Of a stretch of 64,000 nucleotides of DNA, positions 8,469 to 17,375 are shown piece after piece. The notes beneath the pieces were generated by a model. It saw only the letters and a list, made by a program, of their open reading frames with translations, was not told the DNA's origin and searched no databases. The DNA comes from Candidatus Xenobia bacterium (GTDB taxonomy: Bacteria; Vulcanimicrobiota; Xenobia; Xenobiales; QWHO01): positions 1-64,000 of the forward strand of contig BTUM01000004.1 of NCBI GenBank assembly GCA_045863235.1, written 5' to 3'. The position numbers and the translations under genes are program-made. How positions within the stretch are numbered: the stretch's first letter is position 1; the number at the start of each line of letters is the position of its first letter.

Positions 8469-9562
8469 TCGCCGTCATCGGGGGCGGGGTGATGGGCGCC
8501 AGCATCGCCTACCACCTGGCCCTCAAGGGCGCCCGCCAGGTGGTGTTGCTGGAGCGGGGGACCCTCTGCTGCGGCGAGACCGCCAAGTCGGGCGGCTTCA
8601 TCCAGACCCACTGGACCAGCCTGGCCGAGACCCGCCTGATCGACTTTTCTCGCACCATCTTCCAGCAGTGGGGAGAGCGTTGCGGCTGGGTCAACTCGGG
8701 CTACCTGCACGTGACCGGCCCCGAGAAGCTCGATTCGGTCAGAGCGGTGCACGACATGTTGCTCTCTGACGGCAAGGAGTCGCACTGGCTGGATCAGCGA
8801 GGCATCAAGACGCTGCAGCCGCTGATGCGGGTGGACGACCTGGTGGGAGCGGCCTACGAGCCCCACAGCGGTTGGGCCGACCCGGTGGCCACCACCCGCC
8901 TGCTGGCGACCCTGGCCCGGGAGCAGGGAGCGGAACTGCGCGAGGGGGTCACGGTGCTGCAGATCGTCCACCGCCACGGAAAGATCATGGGCGTGGAGAC
9001 CGATCAGGGGTTTTTGGAGGCTGAGAAAGTCGTCCTGGCAGCCGGACCCTGGACCCCTGGCCTGCATCCCGACCCGCGGGTGAGGCTGCCCGTCCTGGCC
9101 CGGCGCGGCCAGGTCACTTACATGACCCGCCCGGGAGGGTTGCCCCGGCGCGAGCTGGCCTGCTATGACGAGATCACCGGGCTCTACACCCACTGCGACG
9201 GGGACACCAACCTGGTGGGGATCGACTGGGACTTCGACCCGGTCTACCATCCCGACAGCTACGACCGCGAGCTGGACGCGGACTACCTGGCCGCCGCCCT
9301 GGAAGCCCTGACCCACCGCTTCCCTTCGCTGAGGAGCTCTCAGCTGGTGCGCGGGGTGGTGGGGCTCTACGACTTCACCCCCGATGGCCATCCGGTGGTG
9401 GATGGGCCGCTCGGCATCGAGGGATACTACGTCGCGGCCGGCTTCAGCGGGGCCGGCTTCAAGAGCGCGCCGGCCCTGGGATTGGGAATGGCCGAGCTGG
9501 TGCTGGAAGGGCGAGCCAGCTCGGTCGACCTGGACTTCTTACGGTTGGCTCGATTTGGATGA
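8465..9562 (+). CDS. FAD-dependent oxidoreductase, DAO/sarcosine oxidase family
   Basis: VIGGGVMG dinucleotide motif, YDFTPDGHPVV, GFSGAGFK; TTG start overlaps the stop of the cupin-MetRS gene. Confidence 0.9.
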   Translation: MIAVIGGGVMGASIAYHLALKGARQVVLLERGTLCCGETAKSGGFIQTHWTSLAETRLIDFSRTIFQQWGERCGWVNSGYLHVTGPEKLDSVRAVHDMLLSDGKESHWLDQRGIKTLQPLMRVDDLVGAAYEPHSGWADPVATTRLLATLAREQGAELREGVTVLQIVHRHGKIMGVETDQGFLEAEKVVLAAGPWTPGLHPDPRVRLPVLARRGQVTYMTRPGGLPRRELACYDEITGLYTHCDGDTNLVGIDWDFDPVYHPDSYDRELDADYLAAALEALTHRFPSLRSSQLVRGVVGLYDFTPDGHPVVDGPLGIEGYYVAAGFSGAGFKSAPALGLGMAELVLEGRASSVDLDFLRLARFG

Positions 9563-10003
9563 AGGCCAGAGGAAGGTGATTTCCTCCACGGTCAGACTCT
9601 GCCGGATTGCAGGCGGACAGGTGGCAGCGACCCGAGTGACCCGGAGCCAGAGGCCGCCGGGGGCTCCTTCATAGATCCACTGCTCGGTTCCCGAGTCCTG
9701 GTCCAGGTAAGAGCCGTTCTTGCGCCAGCCGGAAGCCAGAAGGCGAGAATGGGCCTCTGGCAGCTTCATGCCCTGGCGCACGAGGAGACGTTCTCCGAAC
9801 GTCACTTCTTCGCAACCCTCGAATCTTCGTCCTTGAAGAAAGTACGAGGCCAGCTCCTGCTTGCTCTCCTCCCGAGGCACGCCATCCAGACGCAGAACCT
9901 GGGGGACAACCAGGGCGGGCGGAGCGCCGCTCTGCATGCCCAGCAGCCCGCAAGATCCGAGCAGGATCGCCAGGGCCAGCCCATTGGGGCTACATCTCGG
10001 CAT
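9539..10003 (-). CDS. Hypothetical exported protein
   Basis: Hydrophobic N-terminus; start overlaps the upstream gene end. Confidence 0.5.
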   Translation of the reverse strand: MPRCSPNGLALAILLGSCGLLGMQSGAPPALVVPQVLRLDGVPREESKQELASYFLQGRRFEGCEEVTFGERLLVRQGMKLPEAHSRLLASGWRKNGSYLDQDSGTEQWIYEGAPGGLWLRVTRVAATCPPAIRQSLTVEEITFLWPSSKSSQP

Positions 10004-10586
10004 ACATCTTGCGGAACCAGGCCTTCTCGACGAAGCTGACGGTCCAGCCCATCACGCCACCCCAGAAGCCGGAGAAGAGGACGCCCAGGAAGCTGCCGTT
10101 CCCGCTGATCAGGGCCAGAACCCCCCAGGCCAGGCCGACGTAGCTGCCCAACCGCATCGAGTCATACTGGTAGCAGAGCTCGTTCAAAGCTCCGGCGACC
10201 GCGCCCACCACCAGGCCCAGGATGACCTGCTGGGTGAATCCGATGATGAACATCAAACCGCCCCCGATGGCCATACCGGACCATTCGCCCACGATGCTTC
10301 CGAAGAGCCCGCCCCAGAAGGCGTAGTAAAGACCCCAGAAGATGCCCAGGAAAGCTCCCCCGGCGGCTCCGGCGCGCAATCCGTGGACCACGGTCGACTT
10401 GCGCTTGTCGTCTAGCAGCATGCGCTTCTCGGAGGCGCTCACGACCGGTTGGCCCACCTGGGTCTCATCCAGCGCTCCGCTGGGCGGACCCTCCTGACCT
10501 GGAGTGAGCTCCCCCTCGCAGCTGTAGCATTTGGTGTCCGTATCGCGGTTCTGAGAGCCGCAACCCGAGCAGCGAACAAAACCCAT
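9990..10586 (-). CDS. Zinc-ribbon membrane protein
   Basis: N-terminal CSGC...CYSC followed by several Gly-rich hydrophobic helices; start MGFVRC. Confidence 0.7.
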   Translation of the reverse strand: MGFVRCSGCGSQNRDTDTKCYSCEGELTPGQEGPPSGALDETQVGQPVVSASEKRMLLDDKRKSTVVHGLRAGAAGGAFLGIFWGLYYAFWGGLFGSIVGEWSGMAIGGGLMFIIGFTQQVILGLVVGAVAGALNELCYQYDSMRLGSYVGLAWGVLALISGNGSFLGVLFSGFWGGVMGWTVSFVEKAWFRKMYAEM

Positions 10587-10590
10587 GGTC

Positions 10591-11439
10591 TTATCCTTCC
10601 CCCTTCCTGGTGAGTCGCTTCCAGTCGGCCGAGCTGATCGGCCGCCCGCAGGCGCCAAAAACGTCGTGGATCACCCGGGCGCGAGCGAGTCCGGCTGGGT
10701 GGTCGCCATCGTGGTCAGCGTTCAGGACCATCTCCAGGATGGGCAGCGGATCGTAGCCGAGACGAGCGACCATCTCAGAGGCCCGCCGGTCGGCCTCGAA
10801 CTCGACCGTGTGGCTGTAGCTGCGCTCCATCGTCTCCCACTGACGGCCGGTCACGTCGTCCTGCACCATCTCGCCCAGGGCCATGACTCCGAGCAGTCCT
10901 GCCGAATCGCGGCGCTCCACGTGAGCAAGCTCGTGGGCCAGGATGTAGGCGAGCTTGCTCTCGTCGTGGGCGTGGCGCAAAAGCTTCTGGCCCACGAACA
11001 CGGTTTGACCCAGGGCCGAGGCCTCCGAGGGCCGTCCCCAGGCGACCAGCTCGGCCCGGGCCGTGCTCTGGGTCAAGACGCGCCCGAACACGCGCTTGAG
11101 CGCTGGCAAGGCAGCGCGCAGCGAAGGGTCCGGGCGGCCTGAGCTGCCACGAACCTTGACCTCAGCCTCGGCAACCCCGCTCTCCCCCAGGCTTCGTCCC
11201 ACTTCGGCCGCCACCGCCAGCGCCACCGGGGCCCCTCCGGCCACGGCCGGCACAACGCTTCCCAGCACGTGAAAAGCCTGGCGAGCCAGGATCTGGGGGT
11301 CGAAGCGGGGCGGCTTGGCCTGGGATGGAGGCGCCACATGATCGACCGGGTCAGCGCTCGCGGAGGGCGCCACGGGAGGGGTCTCCAGGCGACGCCGGGT
11401 GAGGTCGACATAGGCGGTTGCGAAACAAACCGGGTCCAT
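10591..11439 (-). CDS. M48-family zinc metallopeptidase
   Basis: LAYILAHELAH, YSHTVEFEAD and DHP motifs. Confidence 0.8.
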   Translation of the reverse strand: MDPVCFATAYVDLTRRRLETPPVAPSASADPVDHVAPPSQAKPPRFDPQILARQAFHVLGSVVPAVAGGAPVALAVAAEVGRSLGESGVAEAEVKVRGSSGRPDPSLRAALPALKRVFGRVLTQSTARAELVAWGRPSEASALGQTVFVGQKLLRHAHDESKLAYILAHELAHVERRDSAGLLGVMALGEMVQDDVTGRQWETMERSYSHTVEFEADRRASEMVARLGYDPLPILEMVLNADHDGDHPAGLARARVIHDVFGACGRPISSADWKRLTRKGEG

Positions 11440-11543
11440 CCGTTGTTCAATGATTCGAGAGACCTCTGACCCATGCCTGTCATGGAAGGAGGACCATTCG
11501 GGTAGCCGAACCCCGGCTCAACCCAGTTAGGAAGGGAGCTCAA

Positions 11544-13013
11544 ATGCGAGCCTTCACTGTGCTATTGCTTCTCTGGCTGGCCCTGCCGGCCTTCGCCCAG
11601 TCGGGTGCTAACGTCGTCCCCACCGACGGCACGACGCTGGATAATCCCATGGGGGAGGTCGGCGTCACTTTTCTCGAACCCGTCAACCCGGCCGCCTCGC
11701 GCATCTTGCTCGACGGGGTGGACGTGACCGCCCGGGCGATTTGCACCGATTCCCAGGTGCGCTACCTGCCCTCCCAGGCGCTCAGCATCGGCAAACACGA
11801 AGCTCGGGTGCTGGCCACCGCGGTCTCGGGCCGCTACTTTGATCTCAAGTGGACCTTCAACGTCACCGATCGCAAGTTCAACCCCACTCCCGCCGACGGC
11901 AGCACTCCGAAGGGGGCCCGCCCCGAGATCGGAGCGACCTTCTTTGAGCCGGTCAAGACGACCACCGTCCGACTCTATGTCGACGGCCAGGATGTGACCG
12001 GCATGTCTCGGGTCAGCGACAGCCAGGTGCGCATGCAGCCCGGCTCCGACTTCTCGCCGGGCCGCCACACGGCCCGGGTGACCGCCAACGCCCAGAGCGG
12101 ACGAGCCATCGACGGCAGCTGGTCCTTCACCATCGGCAAGTCGACCGGCAGCCAGGGCGGCCTGTTCAACCCGACTCCCGCCGACGGCAGCAGCCCCAAG
12201 GGAGCCCGGCCCGAGATCGGAGCCACCTTCTATGAGCCGGTCAAGACGACCACCGTCCGGCTCTTCGTGGACGGCCAGGATGTGACCGGAATGTGCCGCG
12301 TCAGCGACAGCCAGGTGCGCATGCAGCCCGGCTCGGACTTCTCGCCCGGCCGCCACACGGCCCGGGTCATGGCCACCACCCAGAGCGGGCAGGCCATCGA
12401 CGGCAATTGGTCTTTCAACATCGTCAACCCCACCGGCAACCAGGGCGGCTCGACCTACCTGGCCAACGTGGTCCCCCGCGGCGTGATCAACAATCGCCGA
12501 CCCGAGGTGGGGGCGACCTTCTCCCAACCGGTGCGCCCCAACTCGGTTCAACTCTACCTCGACGGGGCCACGGTCACCTCCCAGTCCACCGTCACCGATG
12601 GGCAGGTGCGCTTCGACCCGAGCTACGACCTGCGGCCCGGCGAGCACCAGGGGCGGGTGGTCGCGATGACCACCTCCGGACAGCTGATCGATCAGTCCTG
12701 GAGCTTCAGCATCAGCGGCTCGAGCAGCTCGGGCTCGGCCACCGGCGCAGCCGCCAACCCGGCTCCGGCCGACGGCGCCACCATTTCCTCCATCTCCCCC
12801 GAGATCGGAGCAACCTTCCTCGAGCCCGTCCAGACTCAAACGGTGCGGCTCTTCGTCAATGGTCAGGATATGACCCGATCCGCTCAGGTAACCTCCGGCC
12901 AGGTTCGCTATCGGCCCGGATACCTGGCCCCCGGCACCTACAATGCGCGGGTGTTGGGAATGACCACCAGTGGTCGCTCCATCGACCGCGGTTGGCGGTT
13001 TTCCGTACGCTGA
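11544..13013 (+). CDS. Secreted protein of five tandem Ig-like beta-repeat domains
   Basis: Sec signal ending AFA-Q; five units of the form PxDG...PEIGATF...L[YF]VDGxDVT...PGxHxARV...WxF. Confidence 0.8.
   Translation: MRAFTVLLLLWLALPAFAQSGANVVPTDGTTLDNPMGEVGVTFLEPVNPAASRILLDGVDVTARAICTDSQVRYLPSQALSIGKHEARVLATAVSGRYFDLKWTFNVTDRKFNPTPADGSTPKGARPEIGATFFEPVKTTTVRLYVDGQDVTGMSRVSDSQVRMQPGSDFSPGRHTARVTANAQSGRAIDGSWSFTIGKSTGSQGGLFNPTPADGSSPKGARPEIGATFYEPVKTTTVRLFVDGQDVTGMCRVSDSQVRMQPGSDFSPGRHTARVMATTQSGQAIDGNWSFNIVNPTGNQGGSTYLANVVPRGVINNRRPEVGATFSQPVRPNSVQLYLDGATVTSQSTVTDGQVRFDPSYDLRPGEHQGRVVAMTTSGQLIDQSWSFSISGSSSSGSATGAAANPAPADGATISSISPEIGATFLEPVQTQTVRLFVNGQDMTRSAQVTSGQVRYRPGYLAPGTYNARVLGMTTSGRSIDRGWRFSVR
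11877..12420 (+). repeat. Intragenic tandem duplication, 288-bp period
   Basis: TTCAACCC[C/G]ACTCCCGCCGACGGCAGC starts at 11877 and 12165; domains 2 and 3 are nearly identical. Confidence 0.85.
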
Positions 13014-13024
13014 ATCGAGGCAAC

Positions 13025-13065
13025 AAAGGGGCCCGATCTCCGCAGGGAGGCCGGGCCCCTTTTTT
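13025..13065. terminator. Probable bidirectional intrinsic terminator
   Basis: AAAGGGGCCCG...CGGGCCCCTTTTTT between convergent genes. Confidence 0.8.
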
Positions 13066-13082
13066 GTCGGTCGGAGAGAGGG

Positions 13083-15152
13083 CTACCCCCCGGCGGCGTC
13101 CTGGGGGTGTCGACGGATGACCTCGTCCAGGTCCTCTTTGCTGAAGCGGTTCCCCGGGTTATTGAAGGGCCAGATTCCTCCCTGATACGTGATCTCGTCC
13201 ACGGCCTGGAACATGGCCGGGTTGCCCACCAGGAACTGAGCCGCGGCCTTCAAATCGGGAGGAGCACCCGGGCTGTTGGCAATGGCCTGCAGGTCGCCCA
13301 TTCCGATGATGCCGTCGCGCCCGCCCACACCGGAGGCGGTATCGACCAGGTCGAAGTAGCGCTTGAGGATGACCGCGGCCTGGCCCAGCGTCATGGTCTG
13401 AGGGGCCGTCGTCTGGTTGTCGAACTGCGAGAAGTTCTGCACCGCTTCGTGCAGGTCGTTGCGACCGATGATGCCGTCCACGTCGCCTCGCCCGTCGGCC
13501 ACGTCGATAGCGTTGAAGAGAGCGGGGTTGGCCAGTAAGAATTCGCAGGCCTCGCGCAGCTCAGGGGGCGCATTGGGAGCGCGCCCGCCCACGATGGCCT
13601 CGAGATCGCTCTTGCCGATGCGACCATCGGCCCCACCCTGTCCAGCGGCCGTATCCATGATGTCGAAGTTGGCCTGCAGGACGGCGGCGGCGCGAGCCAC
13701 CGTCATAGGAGGACGCTGGGGCTCGGGTTGAGGGTCAGGGGTCGGCTCCGGCACGGGCTCGGGTCGAGTGGCGTCGCCCGAGTTGTTTTGAATGGTGGCG
13801 TCCAGATCACGCATCCCGATGATGCCATCGCGATCGCCTACTCCGGCGGCTGTATCCACCGCGTCGAAGATGGCCGGGTTGTCGAGCAGGAACTGCACGG
13901 CCGCTTTCAGATCAGGGGGAGCGCCCGGAGCAGCGGCCACGGCCTCGAGATCGGTTTTCCCGATGCGACCATCCAGGCCGCCCTGGCCTCCAGCCGCATC
14001 GAGCACCCCGAAGTAACGCTTCAAGATGACGGCCGCCCGGCCTGCGGTCATCTGATCGGGAACCTGATTGTTGCTGTCGAGCTGGGCGTAGTTCTGGATG
14101 GCGGCCGTCAGGTCGTTGCGACCGATGCGCCCGTCCACGTCGCCGCTGCCGGCGGCCACATCCAGAGCATTGAAAAGAGCTCCATTGTCGAGCAAGAAGC
14201 GGCATGCCTGCTGCAACTCGGCCGAGGCGTTGGGGGCGCGCCCGCCCACGATGGCTTCCAGGTCGGGCTTGCCGATGATTCCGTCGGCCCCTCCCAGCCC
14301 GGCGGCCGTGTCCACCAGGTCGAAATTGGCCTGCAGGATGGAAGCTGCGCGAGCCAGGGTCATGGGGCGCTCGGGCTGAGGCTCGGGACCAGGATCGGGA
14401 ACCGGGTCCGGCTCGGGGGCGGGCTCAGGCTCAGGACACGGCTCAGGCTCAGGCTCAGGGCAGGGCTCTGGCTCAGGGCAGGGCTCAGGCTCGGGAGTCG
14501 GGGTTGGGGTTGGGGTTGGGGTTGGGGTTGGAGTCGGAGTCGGAGTAGGGGTGGGAGTTGGAGTCGGGGTGGGAGTTGGAGTTGGAGTTGGAGTTGGAGT
14601 CGGCGTGGGATGCGGATGAGGATGCGGGCAGGGCGGTTGAGGCTGGTGGCCCTGCTGCTGTTGGAGCATCTGAAGCAAAGCCATCAGATTGGCTGGACCC
14701 TGCTGCTGCTGGCCCAGGAGCATCAAGAGCATCATCATGAACTGTTGCTGCTGTTGCTGCATCATCATGAACATCATCATCATGGTGGGGTCCATGCATC
14801 CCCCGCCGGGATAGCCCATCATGCCGGGCATCCCCATTCCCGAGCCCATGCCGGGAAAGCCGAACATCTGCGCCATCAGATTGGTGCCAGGCGCGCCACC
14901 ACCCATGTTCAGGTGGGGCAGCGCAGGCAGGGCTGGGAAGGGACAGCATTGGCGCACTCCCTGGATGTCGGCGCCGCACTGGCTGTAATAGGCTGTGTGA
15001 GCCGCCACCTGGTGAGCCGACATCGACTCCACCGGCACCATTCCGGTCGCCAGGGCCTGCTGCACCGCAGCCATGCGCTGGCTCTGAGCCTCGCGCATCT
15101 GGGGAGAGATCACGACCAGCTGGGGGCCGAAACCGGAAATCGAGTCGCTCAC
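13083..15152 (-). CDS. Met/Gln-rich, Pro-linker protein with four HrpF/NolX-like (EF-hand-like DG.IG..DL) repeats
   Basis: GTG start with GAAGGAG RBS; poly-M/Q region, (PT)n and (PE)n linker, repeats containing PPDLKAAxQFLxxNPAxFxAVD. Confidence 0.8.
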   Translation of the reverse strand: MSDSISGFGPQLVVISPQMREAQSQRMAAVQQALATGMVPVESMSAHQVAAHTAYYSQCGADIQGVRQCCPFPALPALPHLNMGGGAPGTNLMAQMFGFPGMGSGMGMPGMMGYPGGGCMDPTMMMMFMMMQQQQQQFMMMLLMLLGQQQQGPANLMALLQMLQQQQGHQPQPPCPHPHPHPTPTPTPTPTPTPTPTPTPTPTPTPTPTPTPTPTPTPTPEPEPCPEPEPCPEPEPEPCPEPEPAPEPDPVPDPGPEPQPERPMTLARAASILQANFDLVDTAAGLGGADGIIGKPDLEAIVGGRAPNASAELQQACRFLLDNGALFNALDVAAGSGDVDGRIGRNDLTAAIQNYAQLDSNNQVPDQMTAGRAAVILKRYFGVLDAAGGQGGLDGRIGKTDLEAVAAAPGAPPDLKAAVQFLLDNPAIFDAVDTAAGVGDRDGIIGMRDLDATIQNNSGDATRPEPVPEPTPDPQPEPQRPPMTVARAAAVLQANFDIMDTAAGQGGADGRIGKSDLEAIVGGRAPNAPPELREACEFLLANPALFNAIDVADGRGDVDGIIGRNDLHEAVQNFSQFDNQTTAPQTMTLGQAAVILKRYFDLVDTASGVGGRDGIIGMGDLQAIANSPGAPPDLKAAAQFLVGNPAMFQAVDEITYQGGIWPFNNPGNRFSKEDLDEVIRRHPQDAAGG
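14400..14625 (-). repeat. Coding hexanucleotide repeats (Pro-Thr, Pro-Glu)
   Basis: GG[G/A]GT[T/C] and GGCTC[A/G] arrays in frame with the 13083-15152 CDS. Confidence 0.9.
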
Positions 15153-15185
15153 GGTGGGGTCTCCTTCAAACGTTGTCTGAGGTGT

Positions 15186-15213
15186 TTATCGCCCCGACCA
15201 GACGACAAGTAAA
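15186..15213 (-). promoter_or_regulatory. Sigma28-like promoter candidate
   Basis: Minus strand TTAC-N15-GGCGATAA, 33 nt upstream of the GTG start. Confidence 0.5.
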
Positions 15214-15339
15214 CGTCACCATGTTACACTATTATGAACTGACGATTAAACTTTATCGACACCAGAAAAAACCGCTAGCAAAAATAGGTTTTTCCCTCGA
15301 ATATATACACAAAACAGTGTCGAAAGTGAACTGCTCAAC

Positions 15340-16467
15340 TCAGCCTCGTCGACCGAGTCGGAGCAGAGCCAGCACATAGATGGCGACCAGCAAGATCAAC
15401 ATCGGCCACACGAAGCGCACCAGATCCTCCAGCCCCACGCCTTTGAGGATAATTCCCCTCAGAATCTGCAAGAAGTAGGTCAACGGCAAGAGCAGTCCCA
15501 GTTGCTGGGCGAAGTAGGGCATGCCCTCGCGGGGAAACATGAAGCCCGACAAGAGCATGGTGGGCAGATAGAGCAGGAAGCTCATCTGGAGGGCCTGTTG
15601 CTGGTTGCGGGCCAGGGTGGAGACGAGCAGGCCCAGGCCCAGATAGCTGACGATGTGCAGGATGCACAGGCTGTACAGCAAGACCAGGCTGCCGCGAATC
15701 GGGACCTGGAAGAGCAAGACCCCTACCAGAAGGGCGACGCTGATCTGCACGTAGCCCACCAGAACATAGGGGAGCACCTTTCCGATCATCAGCTCAACCG
15801 GCCGAATGGGGGTGGTGACCAGTTGCTCCAGGGTGCCCATCTCGCGCTCGCGTACAATGGCCATGGCCGTCGTCATCATCATGGTCATGGTCAAGATCAC
15901 CCCGATCAGCCCCGGCACGATGTAGTTGGCGGTCACCAGGTCCGGGTTGAACCAGGCCCGCACCTGCACGTCCACGGGCAGTCCGTTGACCCCGTAGCCA
16001 GAGCCGGGACGCTGGTTCTGCAAGAGCAGCTCGAGAGAGCGGGACTGCCCGATACCGTTGGCGTTAGCCAGAGTACTGGTGGCCACCTGAGGATCGGAGG
16101 CATCCACCAGCACCTGAACCCGGGCGGGCTGACGGCGACGAAGATCCGACTCGAACTCAGGATCGATGATCAACCCCACCCGGATGTCGCCTCGATCGAT
16201 GGCCCGGGTCAGCTCGCGGGGATGACCGGCGGTCAGCTTCAAGTCGAAATAGCGCGACTGAGTGAAACTGGCGACCAGCTCGCGGCTGGATCGGGTGTTG
16301 GAGTAGTCCACCAGACCCAGCGGGATGTGCTTGACGTCGGTGTTGATGGCATAGCCGAACAGGGTCAGCTGAATCAAGGGGATGGCCAGCATGACCGCAA
16401 AGGTGAGCCGATCGCGGCGCATCTGGATGAACTCCTTGCCGATGACGGCCAGAATGCGGCGCAGCAT
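15340..16467 (-). CDS. ABC-2 type permease (YbhS/YbhR-like)
   Basis: KEFIQMRRD, IVREREMGTLEQL, LLSGFMFP. Confidence 0.92.
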   Translation of the reverse strand: MLRRILAVIGKEFIQMRRDRLTFAVMLAIPLIQLTLFGYAINTDVKHIPLGLVDYSNTRSSRELVASFTQSRYFDLKLTAGHPRELTRAIDRGDIRVGLIIDPEFESDLRRRQPARVQVLVDASDPQVATSTLANANGIGQSRSLELLLQNQRPGSGYGVNGLPVDVQVRAWFNPDLVTANYIVPGLIGVILTMTMMMTTAMAIVREREMGTLEQLVTTPIRPVELMIGKVLPYVLVGYVQISVALLVGVLLFQVPIRGSLVLLYSLCILHIVSYLGLGLLVSTLARNQQQALQMSFLLYLPTMLLSGFMFPREGMPYFAQQLGLLLPLTYFLQILRGIILKGVGLEDLVRFVWPMLILLVAIYVLALLRLGRRG

Positions 16468-17375
16468 CAGCTGGTCGCCCCCACCAGCGAGATGAAGACG
16501 TCCTCGAGGTTGGGCGTCACGGCCCTCAGCTCGCCTTGCAGCAAGCCCAGGCCGCGCAACTGACGTTCCAGCGAATCAGGCGACCCCTGCCAGACCAGGC
16601 GCACCGAGGTGCCAGCCGGGAAGGGGCTCTCGGCCCCCTCGAGCCGGGCCAGGGCCTCCAGGGCCTGGAGGCGGTCGGTGGGCTGAAACTGATACATCTG
16701 CCCGGCCACGTGCTCTCGCTTGAGCTGCGAAGGGCTTCCCTGAGCGATCACTTTGCCCCCGAAGATGAAGCAGATCCGATCGCAGCGCTCCACCTCGTCC
16801 ATGTAGTGGGTGGTGACCATGACGGTCTTACCGCGCTGGGAAAGGTTCACGATGATCTCCCAGAGGTAGCGGCGCAGGGCCGGATCCACCGCCCCGGTGG
16901 GCTCGTCCAGGAAGACGATCTCGGGATCGTGCACCAGGGCCACCGCGAAGGCCAGGCGCTGGCGGATGCCCCCCGGCAGGTGGATGGCCAGCGTGCGCCG
17001 GTATTCCTTCAGCCGCAGAAGCTCGAGCAACTCCTCCAGGCGCCGCGGGTCGCGAAGTCCGAACAATCCCGAGAAGAAAGTGAGATTCTCCCACACGGTC
17101 AGATCCTCATAGAGCGAGAACTTCTGCGACATGTAGCCCACCCGCGAGCGAATCTCGAGGGCCTGGGTGCGGATGTCCTTGCCGAGCACCGTCCCCTGCC
17201 CCTCACTGACGGGCAGGATGCCGAGCAGCATGCGGATGGTGGTGGACTTGCCCGCACCGTTGGGACCCAGGAAGCCGAAGATGCTACCGGGTTTGATCTG
17301 GAAGCTGACCCGGTCCACCGCCACGAAGTCGCCGAAGCGCCGGGTCAGCTCGTGCACGTCCACGGCGTAGGTCAC
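16467..17375 (-). CDS. ABC transporter ATP-binding protein
   Basis: GPNGAGKST, LPGG (variant signature), FLDEPT; GTG start overlaps the upstream stop. Confidence 0.92.
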   Translation of the reverse strand: MTYAVDVHELTRRFGDFVAVDRVSFQIKPGSIFGFLGPNGAGKSTTIRMLLGILPVSEGQGTVLGKDIRTQALEIRSRVGYMSQKFSLYEDLTVWENLTFFSGLFGLRDPRRLEELLELLRLKEYRRTLAIHLPGGIRQRLAFAVALVHDPEIVFLDEPTGAVDPALRRYLWEIIVNLSQRGKTVMVTTHYMDEVERCDRICFIFGGKVIAQGSPSQLKREHVAGQMYQFQPTDRLQALEALARLEGAESPFPAGTSVRLVWQGSPDSLERQLRGLGLLQGELRAVTPNLEDVFISLVGATS

